NCBI RefSeq assembly: GCF_024508665.1
Contig: NZ_JANINP010000002.1
Location: forward strand, 36,598-100,597
Length of the DNA: 64,000 bases
Source: Sphingomonas sp.
GTDB taxonomy: Bacteria; Pseudomonadota; Alphaproteobacteria; Sphingomonadales; Sphingomonadaceae
Direction: 5' to 3'
The position numbers and the translations under genes were made by a program. The notes under the pieces are model-generated. The model ran no database searches, was not told the origin of the DNA, and saw nothing but the letters and a program-made list of their open reading frames with translations. How positions within the stretch are numbered: the stretch's first letter is position 1; every line of letters starts with the position of its first letter. Shown here in pieces: positions 58,655-64,000 of this stretch.

Positions 58655-60061
58655 TTAGTCCTTGCGAATGGGTCCCCAGCTCGGATCCGATCCGTCGAAT
58701 GGGGTGGGCAAGCGGCGCTCGTTCACGCCGGTCAGGTCGACCGACCACAAGTCCGCGACGCCGCTTCCGCCCTGGGTTGAGCGGAAGAACATGATCACAC
58801 GGCCATTGGGCGCCCAGCTGGGCGCCTCATCCTGCCAGCCATCGGTCAGCATCTTCTCGCCGCCGCCCGAGGGCGACATGATGCCGACATGGAAGCCGCC
58901 GCCGATCTTGGTGAAGGCGATCAGGTCGCCGCGCGGGCTCCAGGCGGGCGTGGCATATTTGCCCGAACCGAAGCTGATCCGTTGCTGATTGGATCCGTCG
59001 GCGTTCATCACATAGAGCTGCTGCGAGCCCGAACGGTCGCTTTCGAACACGATCTTGCTGCCGTCGGGCGACCAGCTGCCGCCGGTGTCGATGCCGGGCG
59101 CGGTGGTCAGGCGTTGCGCCGTGCCGCCATCGGCCGGAATCTTGTAGAGATCGGTATTGCCCGCCTGCGACATCGAATAAAGGATCCAGCGGCCGTCGGG
59201 TGAGAAACGCGGCGCCAGTGCCAGGCTGACATTGTCGACCAGCCGGCGCTGACGTCCGCTGGCGATGTCCATCACGTAGATGGTCGGCTTCTTGTCGAGA
59301 TAGGACAGGTACGCAACGCGGCGCTGATCGGGCGATAGCTGCGGGGTGAGCACGATCGTCTGCCCGTTGGTCAGGAAACGGCCGTTGAAGCCATCCTGGT
59401 CCATGATCGCCAGCCGCTTGATGCGCTTGCCCTTGGGTCCTGTCTCTGAGACATAGACCACTCGGCTGTCGAAATAGGGTCCTTCGCCGGTCAGGCGGGT
59501 ATAGACCATGTCGGCGCATTTATGCGCGGCGCGGCGCCATTCGTTGACCGTGAGCACATAGCCCTGGCGCGCGAGCTCGCGCTGTGCGGCAGTGTCGTAG
59601 AGATAGCAGCCGACCGTCACCGTGCCGTTGCCATTGGCACGAATATAGCCCTGGACGAGAGCGGTCGCGCCGCGCGACGTCCAGCCGGTGAAGTCGGGCG
59701 CGGTCGCCTGGGCGAACGGCACCGGCATCAACTGGCCGGCAGGAAGCGGCTTGAACAGCCCCGAATTCTTGAGGTCGGCCGTGATGACATCGGCCAATTG
59801 CCTGCCGAGCTGATCGGTCGATCCCGCTGCGGTCGAGGCCACCTCGGGCGTCGGCAGCGCCGGGATCGCGATTCCCATCGGCGCGGAGATGCCGCCCTCG
59901 ACATCGACCACCAGGCCGCCCGACTGGCCGGGCGCCGGCGTCGCCTGGGGGGCAGGAGCCGGAGCGGGCGCCGGGGTCGGTGCCGGTGGAGTCGTCTGGG
60001 CATTGGCAGCGGGCGCCAGCAGCATCGTCAGCGCGATCAGCGGAAGGGCTTTGGTCATCAT
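58655..60061 (-). CDS. tolB: Tol-Pal beta-propeller protein TolB
   Basis: Signal peptide; AHKCADMVY..LTGE.PYFDSRVVYV, PD40 repeats, SDPSWGP. Confidence 0.97.
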   Translation of the reverse strand: MMTKALPLIALTMLLAPAANAQTTPPAPTPAPAPAPAPQATPAPGQSGGLVVDVEGGISAPMGIAIPALPTPEVASTAAGSTDQLGRQLADVITADLKNSGLFKPLPAGQLMPVPFAQATAPDFTGWTSRGATALVQGYIRANGNGTVTVGCYLYDTAAQRELARQGYVLTVNEWRRAAHKCADMVYTRLTGEGPYFDSRVVYVSETGPKGKRIKRLAIMDQDGFNGRFLTNGQTIVLTPQLSPDQRRVAYLSYLDKKPTIYVMDIASGRQRRLVDNVSLALAPRFSPDGRWILYSMSQAGNTDLYKIPADGGTAQRLTTAPGIDTGGSWSPDGSKIVFESDRSGSQQLYVMNADGSNQQRISFGSGKYATPAWSPRGDLIAFTKIGGGFHVGIMSPSGGGEKMLTDGWQDEAPSWAPNGRVIMFFRSTQGGSGVADLWSVDLTGVNERRLPTPFDGSDPSWGPIRKD

Positions 60062-60068
60062 CTCTCTC

Positions 60069-60506
60069 TCAACCCGGAAGCTTGTATTTTATGGAGGTTT
60101 GCCGCCAGCCTTGGGGGCCATCATACCACTCAGGCGGTAATGCCCGGAACGGCTGGCATTCGGTAATGGTCGCGACAGCTGCGCGCTCCACATCGCCGAG
60201 ATATCGATCATTGACGCCATCCAAGCCGTCATGTCCGACGATTCGAGGCGGCGCAGCAAGCGATCCGTCGCGCTTGAGCTCAAGCTGCACGACGACGCGA
60301 ATGCGTTCGGCACCGTGTCCAGGACTGCTGTGTCGATTGGCGCAAGGCTGAAGCTGATCGCGCAAAGCCCGAGCGATAGCGAGCGCCGTGGACGGCGGCA
60401 TCACAGATACATCCTTGGCAGAGTCGATCAACGCTGCCGCGGGTAGCGGCGAGCCGAAGCAAGCGACAATAGTAATGGCAGCGATCGCGCTAAGGGTTCG
60501 GATCAT
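60069..60506 (-). CDS. stand-alone exported TolA domain III / TonB-C-like paralog (145 aa)
   Basis: Own signal peptide (IVAC fits a lipobox); 58/105 identity, ungapped, to the TolA C-terminus by hand, with both Cys kept. Confidence 0.85.
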   Translation of the reverse strand: MIRTLSAIAAITIVACFGSPLPAAALIDSAKDVSVMPPSTALAIARALRDQLQPCANRHSSPGHGAERIRVVVQLELKRDGSLAAPPRIVGHDGLDGVNDRYLGDVERAAVATITECQPFRALPPEWYDGPQGWRQTSIKYKLPG

Positions 60507-60513
60507 AGCCCTA

Positions 60514-61436
60514 TCAACCCGGAAGCTTGTAGCGGAGCGAGAAGTCGCTCCAGCCATTGGGGACGTCGTACAATTCGGGCGGCAGGCCGCGCAGCGGCTG
60601 GCAGCCCATGAAGGTCGCGATCGCGCGATCGTCGACCTGACGCTGATAGCGGCGATTGTCGTCGTCGACTCCATCATGCCCGACGATCACCGGACGCGAC
60701 GCCAGCGTGCCGTCGCGGTTGATCTTGAGTCGAATGGTCACGCGGATGCGCTCGGCGCCGGGGCCGGGATTGACCTGGCGGTTGGCACAGGGCTGCACCT
60801 GCTGCTTGATCTTTTGGCCGATATCCATCGCCGCTTGTTGGCTCATCGTCGCGGATTTGGGCGCGGTGCCGGTGGCGGGGCTCGGCTTGGTCGAGGCGCC
60901 TTTGAAATAATCAGATCCGAAATTCAGGCCACGCGCCTTGGGCTTGATCGCGTTTGCCGTGCTGCCAGTGCCCTTGCCTGGCTTCACTGCGGGTTTCGCC
61001 GGTGCAGCGACGGCCGGCTTGGGCTGTGCCTTCGGCGCAGGCTTGGGCGCGGGAGGCGCAGGCTTCTTGGGCTCGGGCTTGGCGACCGGTGCGGGCTTGG
61101 GCGGCGGCGCGGCTTCTGGCTGCGGCTTGGGCGGCGTGGGCTCGGCCTTTTCCTCGGCCGGCGCGGGCGGCGCCGAATCCTCGGGGTTGCCGATATCGGG
61201 CGCCTTGCTTTCGGCCGGATCGACGGTCGTGTTGGGCGCGCCGGCCTTCAGCCCGACATCGTCGGCGATCGTCACATCCATCGGCACGACCGGCGGCGGC
61301 GGGGGCGATGGCGGGAGCAGCGACAGGATCGTGAACAGGGCGATGTGCGCGAGCACCGACACGCCGATCGCGATCCACAGCCGGTCGTCGCGCTCCCGCG
61401 GGATCGGGCGCAGGATAGGAGAAACGGCGATGCCGC

Positions 61437-61440
<4 letters not shown>
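60514..61440 (-). CDS. tolA: TolA-like energy transducer
   Basis: N-terminal TM with S..AH motif (VSVLAHIALF), Pro/Ala/Lys-rich stalk, C-terminal TolA-III/TonB-C domain; lies between tolR and tolB. Confidence 0.88.
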
Positions 61441-61877
<437 letters not shown>

Positions 61878-61883
61878 GCTAAA

Positions 61884-62025
61884 GCCCCTCCCTTTCAAGG
61901 GAGGGGTTGGGGGTGGGTGAGCGGCGGCGGGGGCTCGATGACCCCGTCGTCGCTGGGGTCAGCCGCCGCACGCTCTCTGCGCTCGCGACCAACCCCTTGA
62001 TCCCCTCCCTTGAAAGGGAGGGGAG
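61884..62025. repeat. gene-less hairpin inverted-repeat element between tolQ and tolR
   Basis: Arms at 61884-61918 (GCCCCTCCC-TTTCAA-GGGAGGGG-TTGGGGGTGGG) and 61988-62025. Confidence 0.85.
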
Positions 62026-62042
62026 AAATGAGGCCACCTCCA

Positions 62043-62735
62043 TCACCGCTTCGCCTCCAGCTGGCGGCTCAGCGTCGTATGGAACCCATCCGCAAACCGC
62101 GTCAGCCGCGCTTCGATCCGGTTCACGCCATGGCTGAAGCGGTTATAGGCAATGACCGCGGGGATCGCCGCGAACAGGCCGATGGCGGTCGCGAACAGCG
62201 CCTCGGCGATACCGGGCGCGACCACCGCGAGGCTGGTATTCTGGGCGGCGGCAATGCCGGTGAAGCTCGACATGATACCCCACACCGTGCCGAACAGCCC
62301 GACGAACGGCGCCACCGATCCGACCGTCGCGAGGATATTGAGCCGGTCGGCGAGCTTGTCGGCTTCCCCCGCCACGGCTGACCCCATTGCGGTGGCCAGC
62401 CGCTCGCGAATGCCTTCGCGATCGACCACGCCGCCGGCGGTCGAGCGGCGCCATTCGGACACGCCGGCCGCGAACACCCGCGCCACCGGCAATTCGTCGT
62501 CGCCGTGCAGTTTGTAGAAGGCGTCGATGTCCTCCGCCTTCCAGAAATCCTTTTCGAACTTGTCTATCTTGCGCCGGGTCGCGCCGACCTTGGTCGAGAA
62601 GCCGATGATGATCGCCCAGGTCCAGATGCTGGCGATCAGCAGTCCGGCCATGACGATCTGGACGACGATGTCGGCATGCAGCAGCAGCGCAAGCGGTGAG
62701 GTCGATCCGGGGGAAAGGTCCAAGCTCCAATGCAT
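62043..62735 (-). CDS. tolQ: TolQ
   Basis: SIWTWAII, LATVGSVAPFVGLFGTVWGIM.SF, VVAPGIAEALFATAIGLFAAIPAV.AYN. Confidence 0.97.
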   Translation of the reverse strand: MHWSLDLSPGSTSPLALLLHADIVVQIVMAGLLIASIWTWAIIIGFSTKVGATRRKIDKFEKDFWKAEDIDAFYKLHGDDELPVARVFAAGVSEWRRSTAGGVVDREGIRERLATAMGSAVAGEADKLADRLNILATVGSVAPFVGLFGTVWGIMSSFTGIAAAQNTSLAVVAPGIAEALFATAIGLFAAIPAVIAYNRFSHGVNRIEARLTRFADGFHTTLSRQLEAKR

Positions 62736-62742
62736 TACGTCT

Positions 62743-63213
62743 TCAGTCCCCTTGTTCTTCGGGTGTCCAGATCAGCCCTGCATAGGCCGACGCCCAGTCT
62801 GCCGGCTGGCGTTTCGGGCGTCCGTCGGGCGCAACCAAAGCCGCGGTCACGTCCGCCTCTGCCAGTAATTCAGCGCCCCGCATGACTCTCTGATGAATAT
62901 GAACCGCCGCTGCGCGAATCCGTATCAGCCGCGAAACAACCACCAACGCGTCGTCGAGTTTCGCCGGACGACGAAATTTGATCGCCATCTCGGACACCGC
63001 ATAGGCGCCCTCCCCGGCTTCCATCGCCGCGCGCTGATCGACCCCGACCAGGCGCAGCATGTCCGACCGCGCCCGCTCCATGTAGCGCAGGTAATTGGCG
63101 TGATAGACCACGCCCGACAGATCGGTGTCCTCGAAATAGACACGCACCGGGAATCGGTGCTCGCGTCCGTCGAAGCGTCCTTCGACCGGCTGATCGATAC
63201 CGGTTGCCGTCAT
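62743..63213 (-). CDS. ybgC: Tol-Pal associated acyl-CoA thioesterase
   Basis: RVYFEDTDLSGVVYHANYLRYMERAR, PAKLDD; directly upstream of tolQ. Confidence 0.95.
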   Translation of the reverse strand: MTATGIDQPVEGRFDGREHRFPVRVYFEDTDLSGVVYHANYLRYMERARSDMLRLVGVDQRAAMEAGEGAYAVSEMAIKFRRPAKLDDALVVVSRLIRIRAAAVHIHQRVMRGAELLAEADVTAALVAPDGRPKRQPADWASAYAGLIWTPEEQGD

Positions 63214-63281
63214 GGTTAAGGTCCTAGCGGCCCGAAGCGGCGAGGCAAACCCATTCGTCTCTGATTTCGCCCCTTGTGTCG

Positions 63282-63319
63282 ATGTAACCCACAGGTTACA
63301 TGGGTAGTATAGGTTACAT
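63282..63319. promoter_or_regulatory. operator palindrome ATGTAACC-N4-GGTTACAT plus a third half-site, overlapping a TAGTAT -10
   Basis: Arms at 63282-63289 and 63294-63301; extra GGTTACAT at 63312-63319; TAGTAT at 63305-63310. Confidence 0.7.
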
Positions 63320-63335
63320 TTTTGGGGGTATTCAG

Positions 63336-63779
63336 ATGACCGATGCGGAAACCGCGGACCGACTGGTGCACCGCCGAGCGCGGATGATGCCAGCGATGGC
63401 AGTCATCTTTCTCGCTCAGCAGGCAAGCTATTTCAGCGGTCACCACCCCGGCGACGGGTCGCGGCTGGTCGATCATATCGCGATCAGTGCATGGCCGATT
63501 CTCTCGATCGTGTTGGTGATCGCCTTCGCGACCGGCGGCGGCTGGTTCCGCGGTGCCAAGGTCCGTGCGTTGATCAACGACGAAAGCGCCCGAGCGCATC
63601 GCGCCGAAGGATTCCGCTTCGGCTTCCTGGCGACGATGGCCGCGGCGATCGCGCTCTACGTCCTCTCCTTGTTCGAGCCGATGAGCGCACGCGACGCGAT
63701 CCACGTGTTGATGAGTGCCGGTATCGCCGCGGCGCTGATCCGTTTCGCCATGCTCGAGCGGCGCGCGCTCAACTCGTGA
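63336..63779 (+). CDS. hypothetical 4-TM membrane protein co-transcribed with an XRE regulator
   Basis: Four hydrophobic segments; L.NDE..RAHR motif. Confidence 0.82.
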   Translation: MTDAETADRLVHRRARMMPAMAVIFLAQQASYFSGHHPGDGSRLVDHIAISAWPILSIVLVIAFATGGGWFRGAKVRALINDESARAHRAEGFRFGFLATMAAAIALYVLSLFEPMSARDAIHVLMSAGIAAALIRFAMLERRALNS

Positions 63780-63985
63780 GCAGCGGGTTGATGAATTGTC
63801 TGCGCGACGAACGCACCCGGCTCGGCTGGACCCAGGCCGAGCTCGCCGAGCGCGTCGGGGTCAGCCGCAAGACCATCAATACGGTCGAGAACGGCATTTT
63901 CATCCCTTCGACCTTGCTCGCGCTCAAACTGGCCGCCGCGATCGGCAAGCCGGTCGAGGCGCTGTTCGCGCTGGACGAGACCTGA
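63776..63985 (+). CDS. XRE/Cro-C1 family helix-turn-helix regulator
   Basis: LRDER..LGWTQAELAERVGVSRKTINTVENG...PST.LALKLA; GTGA overlap with the upstream gene (alternative ATG at 63791). Confidence 0.93.
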   Translation: MSSGLMNCLRDERTRLGWTQAELAERVGVSRKTINTVENGIFIPSTLLALKLAAAIGKPVEALFALDET

Positions 63986-64000
63986 CGGCGCACTAAACCA

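Noticed and set aside
60060-60070. (TC)n run as a phase-variable microsatellite
   Set aside because: Only about 5 units; it reads GAGAGAGA on the coding strand and serves as the tolB RBS.

Overview
High-GC alphaproteobacterial chromosome segment. Gene order and content (serA-hisZ-purA, aroC-fabI, mnmA-sciP, hisS-prfA-prmC, ispG, ybgC-tolQRAB-pal) fit a Sphingomonas-like organism; this is an inference. About 60 CDS are supportable, mostly housekeeping, plus Ku-LigD NHEJ, an ATP-grasp/alpha-E/transglutaminase module, an RND pump, two DUF4139 genes, three tandem acyltransferase-3 genes with a membrane-tethered LytTR regulator, and an SPFH-RHH operon. No tRNA, rRNA, CRISPR array, transposase or integrase was seen. 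Most notable: (1) a family of paired-hairpin inverted-repeat elements (CCCTC(T)CCC..GGG(A)GAGGG) with 7 copies. Two carry a DUF559/Vsr-like endonuclease gene and five are gene-less. They sit at operon junctions and appear to supply the RBS or start codon of hisZ, aroC, prmC and tolR. (2) A second, CGTC-tagged REP family, one copy inserted in frame inside LigD. (3) A stand-alone exported copy of TolA domain III between tolA and tolB, bracketed by an 18-bp direct repeat. (4) A roughly 140-nt structured RNA candidate, a 31-aa translationally coupled microprotein, and two clear operator palindromes. All identities and base pairings were derived by hand, with no database search.
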